DNA of 46,614 bases, from the NCBI GenBank assembly GCA_003345545.1, contig PRDH01000024.1, forward strand, positions 1 through 46,614, written 5' to 3'. A program made the translations under genes and the position numbers. Source of the stretch: Candidatus Thorarchaeota archaeon (GTDB taxonomy: Archaea; Asgardarchaeota; Thorarchaeia; Thorarchaeales; Thorarchaeaceae). Below, in pieces: positions 16,355 through 26,249 of this stretch. The notes under the pieces were generated by a model. That model saw only the letters and a list, made by a program, of their open reading frames with translations. It was not told the origin of the DNA and made no database searches. Position 1 is the first letter of the stretch. Each line of letters begins with the position of its first letter.

Positions 16355-17743
16355 TTGGACTACGACGTCGCTATCGTGGGCAGCGGCCCTGCCGGAATAT
16401 TCTGTGCTCTCGAACTCATTCAGCACAATCCTGATCTTAACATCGTAATGATCGAACGGGGAAAGAGCATCGAGAAACGCGATTGCCCGAACTCGGATGC
16501 CACTCCTGGCTGCAGGAAATGCAGTCCCTGCAACGTCTTGGCTGGGTGGGGTGGAGCAGGTTCTTTCTCAGATGGCAAACTATCGAAATCCACCCAAGTC
16601 GGAGGTTGGCTTGATGAGGTCTTGGGCACAAAAAGTCTGACGGACCTTATCGAGTATGTCGACCAGACATATATTGACTATGGCGCCCCCACAAAGATCT
16701 ATGGCGAGGATGAAGACGCAGTTGAGGCCTATTCTGACAAGGCTGTGTTGAATGGCATGGAGCTCATACCGCAACGGGTACGCCATATGGGTCGTGAAGG
16801 CAGCATCCATGTCCTGCAGCGAATGTACGAGAAGATTAGTGAGCATGCCACTGTGCGGTTCAATACTGAGGCGAAGGATATTCAGATCAATGGACATGCA
16901 GTCCAGGGACTTGTAACAAATGGTGGAGAAATCGTCAAGGCAAGATACCTCATCGCTGCTCCAGGTAGAATTGGTAATGAGTGGTTATCCAAACAGGCGG
17001 ATAGATTGAGCCTGCACACTGAAAACAATTATGTGGACATTGGTCTTCGTGTTGAGATTCCAGAGCCAGTGATGCGAGAGGTTGCGGAGGCTCTCTATGA
17101 GCCCAAGCTGATATACTACTCAAAACGATTTGATGACAAGGTCAGGCTCTTTTGCTTCAATCCTGGCGGGGTCGTCACAACAGAGTACTATGATGATATT
17201 CTCACGGTGAATGGGCAGTCATTCGCAAACAAGAGAACGCCCAATTCGAACTTTGCACTTCTTGTATCGACCCGATTCACGGCACCATTCAAGGAGCCTA
17301 TCGCATATGGCCAGTCTATCGCACGTCTTGCCAACATGCTTGGCGATGGAGTGATTGTTCAGCGACTTGCTGATCTGCGAAGGGGGAAGAGGAGCACTTT
17401 CGAACGAATCGCTCGAAGTCCCATCAAACCAAGCCTCCACAGTGCCTCTCCAGGAGACCTTAGCTTCGTTCTTCCCTTTAGACACTTGAACTCCATCCTG
17501 GAGATGCTGGAAGCTTTGGACAAGCTCTGCCCGGGTGTCGCTGATGATGGAACACTGCTGTATGGAGTAGAGGTCAAATTCTATTCGTCGCGGCTCAAGC
17601 TAAGCAGTGTTCTTGAAACTGAGGTGAATAATCTTTACGCAGTTGGTGATGGAGCTGGAATAACCAGAGGTCTCATGCAGGCATCCGTGTCAGGTGTCAT
17701 TGCTGCACGCGATATTCTTGGCAAGGAGAAGGCAAAGGTCTAA
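16355..17743 (+). CDS. NAD(P)/FAD-dependent oxidoreductase (COG2509-like)
   Basis: IVGSGPAG, GWGGAGSFSDGKL, VDIGLRVE, E.KFYS, YAVGDGAGITRGL.QAS. Confidence 0.85.
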   Translation: MDYDVAIVGSGPAGIFCALELIQHNPDLNIVMIERGKSIEKRDCPNSDATPGCRKCSPCNVLAGWGGAGSFSDGKLSKSTQVGGWLDEVLGTKSLTDLIEYVDQTYIDYGAPTKIYGEDEDAVEAYSDKAVLNGMELIPQRVRHMGREGSIHVLQRMYEKISEHATVRFNTEAKDIQINGHAVQGLVTNGGEIVKARYLIAAPGRIGNEWLSKQADRLSLHTENNYVDIGLRVEIPEPVMREVAEALYEPKLIYYSKRFDDKVRLFCFNPGGVVTTEYYDDILTVNGQSFANKRTPNSNFALLVSTRFTAPFKEPIAYGQSIARLANMLGDGVIVQRLADLRRGKRSTFERIARSPIKPSLHSASPGDLSFVLPFRHLNSILEMLEALDKLCPGVADDGTLLYGVEVKFYSSRLKLSSVLETEVNNLYAVGDGAGITRGLMQASVSGVIAARDILGKEKAKV

Positions 17744-17776
17744 CTGCCCCTCCAAAGTGATGAGCACTTCCTAAGG

Positions 17777-17846
17777 TTTATATACCTAATATACCAAGTG
17801 GTATTAGTATACCAAGTGGTATACTAGGTGTTGACTAGCACCTATA
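17777..17846 (+). promoter_or_regulatory. TATA box plus tandem palindromic operator upstream of hsp20-cdc48
   Basis: TTTATATA at 17777-17784. TATACCAAGTGGTAT occurs at 17790-17804 and 17808-17822. Perfect inverted repeat TAGTATACCA-AG-TGGTATACTA at 17805-17826. Confidence 0.75.
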
Positions 17847-17910
17847 TAGAAAGGGGCCCCACATGATGACTCAAGGGCGGCATTGCCGCCCGGGGCTCTG
17901 CAATTGGAGG

Positions 17911-18354
17911 ATGGATTCTCATATGATAGACGACGACTTTGAGTCAGTGTTCAGAAGACTGCTCGAGTCCCTAAGGGGCTCCCTTGGAGCGTTTCCAGAG
18001 GGTACTACGTCATTCAGCTACGTCACTGGCTCAGTATTCAGTGATACCGATACTGAGGGCAGAATCCTTTCGGATTCGGAACCAGATATTGAACGAATCG
18101 ATTTAGAAGATGAAGTGCTATTCATCGCCAACATTGGTTACAACGACCCGAGCGAATACTCAATCAAGGTGGAAGCGAAGACTCTTAGAATCATTCACGA
18201 GATTGATGGCAAAGAAAGACGCGTCGACTTAGACTTTGACGTTGAAATCAATCACTCACACGCATCTTTACGAAACGGTGTTTTGGAGATATCATTGAAG
18301 ATTGAAAAGAAAGGCAATTCTGGAAATAGAGAAGGATATTTGACGATAGATTAG
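17911..18354 (+). CDS. hsp20: Hsp20/alpha-crystallin small heat-shock protein
   Basis: C-terminal ASLRNGVLEISL and I-x-I-like tail; directly upstream of cdc48. Start is 17911 or 17923, after GGAGG. Confidence 0.8.
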   Translation: MDSHMIDDDFESVFRRLLESLRGSLGAFPEGTTSFSYVTGSVFSDTDTEGRILSDSEPDIERIDLEDEVLFIANIGYNDPSEYSIKVEAKTLRIIHEIDGKERRVDLDFDVEINHSHASLRNGVLEISLKIEKKGNSGNREGYLTID

Positions 18355-18368
18355 AGAGGGAAACAAGA

Positions 18369-20558
18369 ATGAGCGAAAAAACAATACGACTGAAAGTCGC
18401 CGCTGCTATGCCCAAAGATCAAGGACGCGGCATCATCAGATTGAACTCTGACGTGAGAAGTCACCTTGGAGTTAGGTCCGGAGACTACGTCTTGGTCAGA
18501 GGCAGCAAGGAAACAATAGCTGTCTGTTGGCCCAGTCTTAAGGAGGATGAAGTCTTGGACATGGTCCGGATGGATGGCTTGATTCGTAGTAATGCAGGCG
18601 TAAAGCTAGGAGAGTTGGTGGAAGTATGTAGCGTGTCTGTTCCTGATGCAACACGCGTTGTCATTGCACCTAGTCAGCCTGTCAGATTTCAGCAGGGCTT
18701 TGATAACTACCTGAAGCAGCAGATACTCAATCGGCCAATCACCAAGGGCGATACGATTCTTATCTCCTCGATTGGACAGGGAATGCAATTCACGGTCACA
18801 GCTGTAGCGCCTGGCAAGTTTGGCAGAATCACACCTGACACGTCGGTTGACGTGTTGACCAAGCCAGTTCGACCAGAGGACATTTCAGTTCCCCAAGTTT
18901 CGTACGAAGATATCGGAGGGCTTGGCAAAGAGCTGGTCAAGATTCGTGAAATGATAGAACTGCCCATGAAGTCGCCAGAGTTGTTCAAGAGACTTGGAAT
19001 CACTCCCCCCAAGGGCGTGCTTCTTATGGGGCCTCCGGGAACCGGAAAGACCCTGATTGCCCGGGCCGTCGCCAATGAGTCGGGTGCGAACTTCAAGGTG
19101 ATAAATGGTCCTGAGATCATGTCGAAGTTCTATGGAGAGTCCGAACAGAAACTGCGTGAGACCTTTGAAGACGCAGAGAAGAATGCGCCATCCATTATCT
19201 TCATTGACGAGCTGGATAGTATTGCACCGAAACGTGCAGAAGTCACCGGAGAAGTCGAACGGAGAGTTGTTGCGCAGCTTTTGGCGCTCATGGACGGTCT
19301 CGCCAGTCGTGGCGAGGTAATAGTCATTGGTGCGACTAACCGTCCGGATGATATTGATGAGGCTCTGAGAAGACCTGGTAGATTCGATAGAGAGATTATC
19401 CTCGGAGTGCCTGATAAGAAGGGGCGACTTGAGATTCTTCAGATTCATACAAGAGCTATGCCTTTGGAGGAAGGTCTTGATTTAGAGAAGCTGGCTGCAG
19501 TCACTCACGGATTCGTCGGTGCTGACCTCTCAGCACTGGCGCGAGAGGCTGCAATGCAGGCTCTACGAAGAGTATTGCCGCATGTCGATCCAGACACAGG
19601 AGACATTCCGGCCGATGTTCTGAATAGCCTCTTCGTCACTCAAGCTGATTTTGATATGGCTCTCACTGAGGTGTCTCCCTCAGCTCTGAGAGAGGTTCTT
19701 GTCGAGAAGCCTAATGTCCGGTGGGACGATGTAGGCGGTCTTGCTAAGGTCAAGATGCAGCTACGCGAGGCCGTTGAGGCGCCTCTGAAATACCCTGAAG
19801 TCTTTGAAGGGATGGGCATAAGGACACCAAAGGGAGTACTCCTATTTGGGCCGCCTGGGACAGGTAAGACTCTGCTTGCAAAAGCGGTAGCCACTGAAAC
19901 CGAGGCCAACTTCATATCCGTGAGGGGTCCTGAAGTGTTCAACAAGTACGTCGGAGAGTCTGAGAAGGCTGTACGCGAGGTGTTCAAAAAAGCACGTCAG
20001 GTGGCTCCATGCGTGCTCTTCTTCGATGAGATTGACGCGATACTTGGCGCACGAGGGACGCGTGATGACACTGGCGTAAGCCACAGAATTGTGAATCAAT
20101 TCCTCGCTGAACTTGATGGTATGGTGTCCCTTCAAAATGTGCTTGTAATAGGTGCCACTAACAGAGCAGACATCCTAGACCCAGCCGTGCTTCGACCCGG
20201 CCGTTTCGATTCTGTGCTATTCGTTCCGCCTCCAGATCGTGATGCAAGAGTCGAGATATTCAAGGTACACACACGTAACATGCCATTGGCTGATGATGTG
20301 AGTATCGAGAAACTGGCTGACATGACCGATGGCTTCTCTGGGGCTGACATTGAAGGTCTTGTCAGAGAGGCCGCAATGGCCGCAGTTCGAAGTGACTGGA
20401 AGGCAAAACCCGTTCACATGAAGCACTTCAAGGCTGCACTAGAGGAGATCCGTCCAAGCATCTCGCCAGATGATGTGAAACGGTTCATGGAACTTGCTGA
20501 ACAAGTCAAGAAGCGGCAGCCTCAGAAATCATCTGACGTGTTACCTGGCTACATGTGA
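18369..20558 (+). CDS. cdc48: Cdc48/VAT/p97 family double AAA+ ATPase
   Basis: N-domain, two GPPGTGKT Walker A motifs, Walker B IIFIDE and VLFFDE, two RPGRFD motifs, C-terminal GYM (HbYX-like). Confidence 0.97.
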   Translation: MSEKTIRLKVAAAMPKDQGRGIIRLNSDVRSHLGVRSGDYVLVRGSKETIAVCWPSLKEDEVLDMVRMDGLIRSNAGVKLGELVEVCSVSVPDATRVVIAPSQPVRFQQGFDNYLKQQILNRPITKGDTILISSIGQGMQFTVTAVAPGKFGRITPDTSVDVLTKPVRPEDISVPQVSYEDIGGLGKELVKIREMIELPMKSPELFKRLGITPPKGVLLMGPPGTGKTLIARAVANESGANFKVINGPEIMSKFYGESEQKLRETFEDAEKNAPSIIFIDELDSIAPKRAEVTGEVERRVVAQLLALMDGLASRGEVIVIGATNRPDDIDEALRRPGRFDREIILGVPDKKGRLEILQIHTRAMPLEEGLDLEKLAAVTHGFVGADLSALAREAAMQALRRVLPHVDPDTGDIPADVLNSLFVTQADFDMALTEVSPSALREVLVEKPNVRWDDVGGLAKVKMQLREAVEAPLKYPEVFEGMGIRTPKGVLLFGPPGTGKTLLAKAVATETEANFISVRGPEVFNKYVGESEKAVREVFKKARQVAPCVLFFDEIDAILGARGTRDDTGVSHRIVNQFLAELDGMVSLQNVLVIGATNRADILDPAVLRPGRFDSVLFVPPPDRDARVEIFKVHTRNMPLADDVSIEKLADMTDGFSGADIEGLVREAAMAAVRSDWKAKPVHMKHFKAALEEIRPSISPDDVKRFMELAEQVKKRQPQKSSDVLPGYM

Positions 20559-20763
20559 GATGACTGAATCGGACTGGATGAATCACAATAGTCCAGTCCT
20601 TCTTTCTTCTTTCTTGCTGCGCACGGTTTGCTACTGCTGATGTGGTTCTCACGAAAGGCTTCCCATCGAGACGGGCAAAAATGCACTTTGACCTACAATC
20701 ACGATACCCTTTTGAATGGTAATTCAATGATGAGAAATGCGCCCACTCTCTGGAGGTAAGGAA

Positions 20764-21651
20764 ATGTCTGACTTCTATCCCATATCGCCACTTGTTGGCA
20801 TTACGAACACAAGCTATGGCGCACAAGCTGGCGTTCTAAATGAAATGTGGGCTGTACGTGTTGTACACGGGAGAAAGATTATCGCCGAGAAGACCATTCC
20901 CTGTCTTGAGCTTGACAACATTGTAGGTGTTGCGTACGGCCATATTAGAGTAGAGGGACTGAGCCGACATGCTGTGGCCGCGATGGCAGGCAGATTGATG
21001 CAGTATGCACGCAAGTATCAAGAGAGTGGTGTATGTCCGAATTATGAGCTGGCTGAATTCACCTACGATGATGGTTCAACTGCAGGCGCACAAACAGCTT
21101 CATCGGGTGGTAGTTCCGAAGGTGCCTCACCGGAGGTGGCAGCAACAGCAACACTTCCTGACCTTAGAGTGGCAGAAGTGCCGCAAATACCTAGAACAAT
21201 TGGAGACGCTGCATGGCAGCAACTCATCGAAGCGCATGCTGCCCTGATTTACGAGGTCTCTGCATATGCCAAGAGCCTTCCCACAGGACACCTAGAAACA
21301 ATGTTCAGTAAAGCCGCTGACCAACTGATACATTTCTGGGTCACATCTAATCCCGCTGACCAGTCCGCAGTGCTGAAGGGTTTCGGAGCATTGATTCAGA
21401 GCTGTTCGAAGGAGAGTCAATTGCCAAATACTAGTACTGGTAGTGCAACAATTGAAACAGGAACCTGCGAGCTATTACGTATCTGCAGATTGCTTGATCC
21501 AAATATGTCCATGATGCCCGCGGGGTACCCATGTACGTTTCATGAGATGATTGCCAAGAAGATTAGTGTCCTGTCAGGTATCAAAGTCAGTGTCAATACC
21601 TCATCAATAGGCTGCATTGTTGGTATGTCTGTTGAGTCATCGGTCTTTTGA
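20764..21651 (+). CDS. Two-domain protein: unknown N-terminal alpha/beta domain, low-complexity linker, C-terminal V4R-like metal-binding domain
   Basis: S/G/A/T linker; C-terminal IETGTC...C...YPCTFH...GC pattern. Start 20764 after GGAGG. Confidence 0.55.
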   Translation: MSDFYPISPLVGITNTSYGAQAGVLNEMWAVRVVHGRKIIAEKTIPCLELDNIVGVAYGHIRVEGLSRHAVAAMAGRLMQYARKYQESGVCPNYELAEFTYDDGSTAGAQTASSGGSSEGASPEVAATATLPDLRVAEVPQIPRTIGDAAWQQLIEAHAALIYEVSAYAKSLPTGHLETMFSKAADQLIHFWVTSNPADQSAVLKGFGALIQSCSKESQLPNTSTGSATIETGTCELLRICRLLDPNMSMMPAGYPCTFHEMIAKKISVLSGIKVSVNTSSIGCIVGMSVESSVF

Positions 21652-21754
21652 AACCAGAACAATACTCCTCTTAGCCACCCAATAATCTTAAATCGCTTGA
21701 ACCGATTCATGTACAATTAGACGAGACAACGTGGTGAGTCTCGAGCAGGAGCTT

Positions 21755-22045
21755 ATGACATTGAGCTACTTAACTTGGCGTGAATACACGCGTTCTGGTC
21801 CTGTGTGTCTGGGCGCACTCCTTGTGATTGTTGGCGCAGTTCTTGCACTGTTGCCTGGGTATAACCCAGCCTACGACTTCATACCTGGATACACTGTACT
21901 AATCGGCGCTGCTTTAGCAATCGTTGGAGTATTATTCATAATAATGGGCTTCCTCTTCACAAAGAAGAAACGTGACTCTGTCACTACCCCAATCGACACC
22001 AGGAAGCTGAGTGACACTCCACCACCGCCACCGCCACCAGACTAA
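21755..22045 (+). CDS. Small two-TM membrane protein with basic stop-transfer and C-terminal polyproline tail
   Basis: Two hydrophobic segments, KKKR, then DTPPPPPPPD-stop. AGGAG precedes ATG 21755. Confidence 0.75.
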   Translation: MTLSYLTWREYTRSGPVCLGALLVIVGAVLALLPGYNPAYDFIPGYTVLIGAALAIVGVLFIIMGFLFTKKKRDSVTTPIDTRKLSDTPPPPPPPD

Positions 22046-22099
22046 TCCTCACTGGATCCATCATTACACCTGAGCTCTTGGGTCACTAAGATCCTTGGG

Positions 22100-22121
22100 C
22101 TCTCGTTCTCTTTCTCTTTTT
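22100..22121 (+). terminator. Putative pyrimidine/oligo-T archaeal terminator
   Basis: ctctcgttctctttctcttttt downstream of the membrane protein gene. Confidence 0.4.
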
Positions 22122-22227
22122 GACCAATAAAGAACCGATTTATTCCATTCGCTTCATCGCGCAAATCCTAATATGTGACCGAGATAGTTTCTCCTTAGGA
22201 CAGACTACTGGATGGTGCACAGTCTAG

Positions 22228-22521
22228 ATGAAGATTAACCTCGAATATCGTAATAGTCAATTCCACGAGTGCTCGGGGCAACCGACTACTGCCATTAGCT
22301 TGACCGTGGATGATTCACAGAAGAAACTGATTCTTGTGATACCAACTGGTGCTAGCATGATAGAGCGCAGAGCGGCAGAACGAAATGCTCGTGGTATTGA
22401 GAAGGTGGGATTTCAGACTGCGAAACACGGACGCGTGGGGCGCGGCTATGAACTTGTAATTGAAGGGCATGGTGGTGGACTTCCAGACCGTTTGACGCAC
22501 TCACCGCGCGAAGTGTACTAG
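22228..22521 (+). CDS. Single-domain, divergent gelsolin-like protein
   Basis: LTVDD..KKLILVIPTGASMIERRAAERNARGI...LVIEG pattern parallels gelsolin D..I..W.G..S...E+..A...A..I...EG. Confidence 0.55.
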   Translation: MKINLEYRNSQFHECSGQPTTAISLTVDDSQKKLILVIPTGASMIERRAAERNARGIEKVGFQTAKHGRVGRGYELVIEGHGGGLPDRLTHSPREVY

Positions 22522-22623
22522 TACGTCAATTTTGTGAAACGTATGAATGGTCTTGCTGAGTCTGAAAAGAGAACGATCAATGAACCAAGAGAATCCCTGA
22601 TTCGTGTAGGAGTGTAATGGACA

Positions 22624-24321
22624 ATGTCGGACGACAGAGCGAAAAGATGGATTGAGGAATCACAGAAAGACACTACGCGCCAGTCTGCAGGAAGAATGCA
22701 CCTTCAAGCTGCTGCTCAGGCAGAGCGTGCAGGTGACATAGCCACTATGGAACGCGAGTACTCATTGGCTGCTCAAGCTTTCGTTAAGTCTGCGGATGAG
22801 TACAGAGCTGGTAGAAGCTATAAGAAGGCAGCACTGAACATGTGCGAGGCTGGTGACGTGTTTTCAGAGTTGGGTGATGCCAGCAAAGCTGTTGCGGCAT
22901 ACCAACGCGGAGCCGATGACCTCCTAGCAGCATCATCTGAGCACCTGTTGTGGGGTGATGATGCAGAGACCAGCAAAGGCACAGCCATTGCCGTCACTGC
23001 CTGCATGATCTATATCATGATTGGCAAGGAGGCGGATGCGTTCTACAAGGCTCGTGGCTTTGCTGCAGAGAATGCTTCAAAGATTAGACTTCCTGCTGTT
23101 GTCAGGCTGAGTCAGATTCCTCAGATGCTTGAGAACTCCATTCAGAGTGTGAATCTCGAGTCCTTTGCAGAGGCCGAGAACGCAGCTGTCACTGAACTCA
23201 AGTCCGCACTCGCGAACTCATCCAGTCAGGAGTTCTCCAAGTATGTCGACAGGGGACTCGACATGGTTCGAGAGATATTGAGAGGAAAACTGAAGGTACC
23301 CAAGATCTCATCACAATTGACAGTGCCGATTGACCTCACTTTCACAGAGAACTTCACTGTTCGTCTAAGTGTCAGAAACTCAGGTGATGGCGACGCTTCA
23401 AATATGAAACTCGAGTGGCATCTTGATGACGGACTGAGGCTCATTTCCAGCGAAAAGATGAGGACGATTCCACGACTTCCCGCTGGAGAAACCGTGAATA
23501 TGGATGTCACCCTTAGGGGTGCAGAAGCCCTTGGGGGGATGCGTGACTATTCTCTGGTCGTTCGAGGGTCCTATGAAGACAAGCTAAAGACAGTCTACAG
23601 TCTTCAGGCTGGTCCAACCGTAATCACGCTGAAGGATTTCAAGGAGAGTGAGAAGCTACTCCAGGATTCTGACGTCACCGGTGGGAGGGTCGGTTTCCTG
23701 CGCGCCTCAATCGAGGAGTCTGAGTTCGAGGCACTACCCCTACTTCGTATCATTGACGGTCTGACTTCATCATTGAAGGAAAGCAGAGCTGAGGTACAGA
23801 GAGGTGAGCTCGACTCCGCAAAGGCGCGAATCCGTGTCATCAATGACGTTGTGGATCAGATTGATGCATTAGTTGGTGACGAAGCCCTGGCTGAACAGGT
23901 TGCAGATGCAAAGCTTGCAGAGAAGAAGGCCTACGCTCTGCAGACCTTGGTCCCGGTCTTTGACAAGGCCATTGCCTGTGTAAGGAATCAGGAGAAGAAG
24001 GTAGAAACTGAAGTGCCTCTCGCCCTCACTGAGTGGGAATCAGTAGCAGGGAAGAAGAAGAGGATACTTGCGGCTACAGGAAAGATCAAGTCAATAGCTA
24101 ACGACATGAAAGGCAAGCTCACAGCTCCCGAGCATCGCGTTCTTCAGAACAGCATATCTGATTTGCAGATGGAGGCAGAGAAGATACTCATCGACTCATT
24201 GCTCGTCGTTGGTGAGCGTCCGTCCTCCCCAGAGAAGACTGAAATGGCCCTGGTCGTAGCTCGGTCAATTCGAAACGAGATCACTCAATTGATGGAGTCA
24301 AAGAAATCCGAACTGAAGTAG
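22624..24321 (+). CDS. Alpha-SNAP/TPR-like solenoid + CARDB/Ig-like domain + helical C-terminal region
   Basis: Ala-rich repeats AAQAFVKSADEY, KAALNMCEAGDVF, KAVAAYQRGAD. Ig-like FTVRLSVRNSGDGDA...LPAGETV...V.L...GSYED. Confidence 0.6.
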   Translation: MSDDRAKRWIEESQKDTTRQSAGRMHLQAAAQAERAGDIATMEREYSLAAQAFVKSADEYRAGRSYKKAALNMCEAGDVFSELGDASKAVAAYQRGADDLLAASSEHLLWGDDAETSKGTAIAVTACMIYIMIGKEADAFYKARGFAAENASKIRLPAVVRLSQIPQMLENSIQSVNLESFAEAENAAVTELKSALANSSSQEFSKYVDRGLDMVREILRGKLKVPKISSQLTVPIDLTFTENFTVRLSVRNSGDGDASNMKLEWHLDDGLRLISSEKMRTIPRLPAGETVNMDVTLRGAEALGGMRDYSLVVRGSYEDKLKTVYSLQAGPTVITLKDFKESEKLLQDSDVTGGRVGFLRASIEESEFEALPLLRIIDGLTSSLKESRAEVQRGELDSAKARIRVINDVVDQIDALVGDEALAEQVADAKLAEKKAYALQTLVPVFDKAIACVRNQEKKVETEVPLALTEWESVAGKKKRILAATGKIKSIANDMKGKLTAPEHRVLQNSISDLQMEAEKILIDSLLVVGERPSSPEKTEMALVVARSIRNEITQLMESKKSELK

Positions 24322-24328
24322 CGGAATC

Positions 24329-25528
24329 CTATCTCTTCGCCATGAATCCTTCGAGTCGATCCATGGCCTCGTCAATCATGTCTTTTGGAGGAAGGAAGAC
24401 ACTGCGGAAGTGTCCAGCTCCATGTTCTGCCCCGAAACCTGACCCTGGCACGAACACGACGCCGGTTTCCTTCAGGACATCCTTCACGAACTCAGTATCA
24501 TTCGGCCATCTCTCACGAAGCTCAATCTTGGGCATGATGTAGAATGCTGCCTCGGGCAGTCTTGTTGAGATGGAATCAATCTCATTGAGTCGCTTGTAGA
24601 TGAGGTCTCTTCGGGCTCGCATCTTCCTCATCGTTCCTTTCAGGTGGCGACCGTCGCTACGCAGTGCGGCAATAGAGGCAATCTGAGCAGTAGCATTCAG
24701 ACATATTCTGACCCGTGCTTGACGGACCATTGCATCATAGAGAGGCTCCAGTTCTCCATTGCTATCGTGGAAATACGCATACCCGACACGCCAGCCCGGT
24801 GCAAGGTATACCTTGCTGACACCATTGAAGCCGACCACAGGCACATCGCCTGAAATGCGGACCATTGGAATCTGTGGTTCGTCGTAGGTGAGCTGGTCAT
24901 AGATTTCGTCTGAGATGAGAGGAAGCCCATGCTCTCCTGCAATATCCACGATTTCTTTGAGGGTCTTCTCATTGTAGACTGATCCAGTCGGATTGTTGGG
25001 GTTGATGACAAGAATGCCTACAGTCTTATCTGTGATCTTCTTTCTCAAGTCATCAGTGTCTGGATTCCAATCTTCTTCCTCGACGGTTCGGTACGCTACT
25101 GGTTTTCCTCCGAAGAATTTGACATAGGAAATGTAGGGCGGGTAGCTTGGTCCAGGAACAAGAAGCTCTGCTCCGTCACTGACCAGAGCTCCAGTCAAGA
25201 ACTGAATTGCTTCAGATACACCGGCAGTCACGATTATTCTGTTGGGATCAACATCAATACCATTGACTCGCTTCTCTTTCTCTGCGGCTGCTCGTTTCAA
25301 TTCCGGTTCTCCATCGGATGGAGAATATCCATTCCATCCATCTTGGGCTGCCTTGCAGAGAGCATCTACCATGAACTGTGGAGTCTTCCAATCATAGGCA
25401 ATGGGGTCTCCGATGTTTAGGTAGAGTGGCTTCTTGCCTGTCTGCTTCTCATACTGTTTGGCTAGTACGACAATATCTCGAATGGCATATTGAAGATTCG
25501 CTGCCCGCGCAGTGATATTGAGTTTCAT
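24329..25528 (-). CDS. PLP-dependent class I/II aminotransferase (alanine aminotransferase-like)
   Basis: YAIRD, LNIGDP, INPNNPTG, SDEIYD, SKVYLAPGWRVG, VPGSGFG. Confidence 0.92.
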   Translation of the reverse strand: MKLNITARAANLQYAIRDIVVLAKQYEKQTGKKPLYLNIGDPIAYDWKTPQFMVDALCKAAQDGWNGYSPSDGEPELKRAAAEKEKRVNGIDVDPNRIIVTAGVSEAIQFLTGALVSDGAELLVPGPSYPPYISYVKFFGGKPVAYRTVEEEDWNPDTDDLRKKITDKTVGILVINPNNPTGSVYNEKTLKEIVDIAGEHGLPLISDEIYDQLTYDEPQIPMVRISGDVPVVGFNGVSKVYLAPGWRVGYAYFHDSNGELEPLYDAMVRQARVRICLNATAQIASIAALRSDGRHLKGTMRKMRARRDLIYKRLNEIDSISTRLPEAAFYIMPKIELRERWPNDTEFVKDVLKETGVVFVPGSGFGAEHGAGHFRSVFLPPKDMIDEAMDRLEGFMAKR

Positions 25529-25790
25529 CTTTACCCCTGCGCGTTGTGCCAAGCATCCTGCGTATATTGTTTCCTATCAAACCAAAGCGGTTCAAGCCAC
25601 TACTCCGGTCGTATTTGGACACCAGCGAGGGGATTAGCCGGATTGAATGACGGAATCGCTTTCTCTGCTCTCCTACTTGTCCAATGGTAAAAGCGATCAG
25701 TCTAACGCCGTAGAGAACTAGTTGTATGGCACAATTCCAAATTCTGCGCTGTTGATAAATCACGAATGAAGCGTCGTCGTCCAGAGGAAC

Positions 25791-26249
25791 ATGAGTGACT
25801 ACACGTTTTCCAAACATATATCTCATGAACAGCAGGATATCGAAACCATCCAGAAGGGAATGACTGCAATCTATTCCGGCCTGGGCCAGAGTATCATTGA
25901 GAAGACAGGCACGTCTGAACTCGGAAGGCCACTAAGAATCTTCATGTGGAATAGAGATGGCGGAATAGTGGGTGGGTTGACGGGAACAATGTTCGGAGGC
26001 TGGCCATACATCTCTCTTCTGTGGATTGAGAAGTCCCTGAGGGCCAGTGGCCGTGGAACGAGACTGATGAGAATGGCAGAAAAAGAGGCGGCAAAAGCAG
26101 GGTACAAGAATGTTCACCTGGACACATACAGTTTCGAGGCAAGGCCCTTCTATGAGAAACTCGTGTATCAGCTCTTTGCGAAGTTGGATGATTATCCCCC
26201 GGGATACTGCAAGTATTTCCTGAAGAAGCAGCTAATGCCCAGACTGTGA
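25791..26249 (+). CDS. GNAT family N-acetyltransferase
   Basis: LWI...LR.SG.GT.LM..AE.EA, LDTYSFEARPFYEK. Confidence 0.9.
   Translation: MSDYTFSKHISHEQQDIETIQKGMTAIYSGLGQSIIEKTGTSELGRPLRIFMWNRDGGIVGGLTGTMFGGWPYISLLWIEKSLRASGRGTRLMRMAEKEAAKAGYKNVHLDTYSFEARPFYEKLVYQLFAKLDDYPPGYCKYFLKKQLMPRL

Noticed and set aside
17790-17822. Direct repeat as a CRISPR array
   Set aside because: Only two 15-bp copies 3 bp apart, with no spacers or cas genes; its position fits an operator.
18369-20558. True NSF or Vps4
   Set aside because: Two fully conserved AAA domains and an HbYX-like tail indicate ordinary archaeal Cdc48.
25655-25697. ATCGCTTT...AAAGCGAT inverted repeat
   Set aside because: 8-bp arms with a long loop are compatible with chance.
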